Source of the DNA: Octopus sinensis
Taxonomy: Eukaryota
Assembly (NCBI RefSeq): GCF_006345805.1
Contig: NW_021828714.1
Span: forward strand, 1-7,850
Direction: 5' to 3'
DNA length: 7,850 nt
Shown here: positions 7,760 through 7,850 of the stretch, piece after piece
Layout: every line of letters starts with the position of its first letter
Position numbering within the stretch: the first letter of the stretch is position 1
Position numbers and translations under genes: made by a program
The notes under the pieces: generated by a model
Seen by the model: the letters and a program-made list of their open reading frames with translations, nothing else
Told to the model about the DNA's origin: nothing
Database searches by the model: none

Positions 7760-7850
7760 ATAGCAGTATCGCCCGTCGTTACTCGGGGTTGTAAGGGAAA
7801 TAACTATATAAGCATTTTTAGAGAGTTATAGCCAAAAAATAGCAACAAAT
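7760..7850 (-). mobile_element. 3' end of a second, more diverged copy of the same Helitron family (runs off the window)
   Basis: atagcagtatcgcccgtcgttactcggggttgtaagggaaataactatataagc aligns ungapped to ctagaagtatcgcccggcgttgctcgggtttgtaagggaaataaccatataagc at 6126, with several substitutions. Confidence 0.85.

Overview
Eukaryotic, AT-rich, repeat-dense genomic DNA, almost certainly animal. The mix of long TA/GATA/ATT microsatellites and LINEs is reminiscent of mollusc/cephalopod genomes, but that is an unverified impression. Every oriented feature is on the minus strand. In window order: an (ATT)13 microsatellite (1042-1082); a candidate host exon (~1195/1216-1311); a ~550-bp TA-rich compound microsatellite; the 3' part of a CR1-type LINE (1920-~3478; RT, C-terminus, 3' UTR and a 10-bp tandem tail) joined directly to an unrelated L1/Tx1-type LINE fragment (~3479-5727; APE endonuclease C-terminus, linker and RT); a (GATA)n microsatellite; a well-supported 99-bp phase-0 host exon (5993-6091); and a non-autonomous Helitron-like element (6126-7759). 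The 3'-terminal ~177 bp of that element is amplified into a 7+ copy tandem array, and a second copy abuts it head-to-tail at 7760. No intact transposon ORF, CRISPR array or RNA gene is seen. The most notable observations are the Helitron-terminus satellite, the two-LINE chimera and the Helitron 3' end lying 34 nt from a splice acceptor. I cannot support a claim of a wholly new system.
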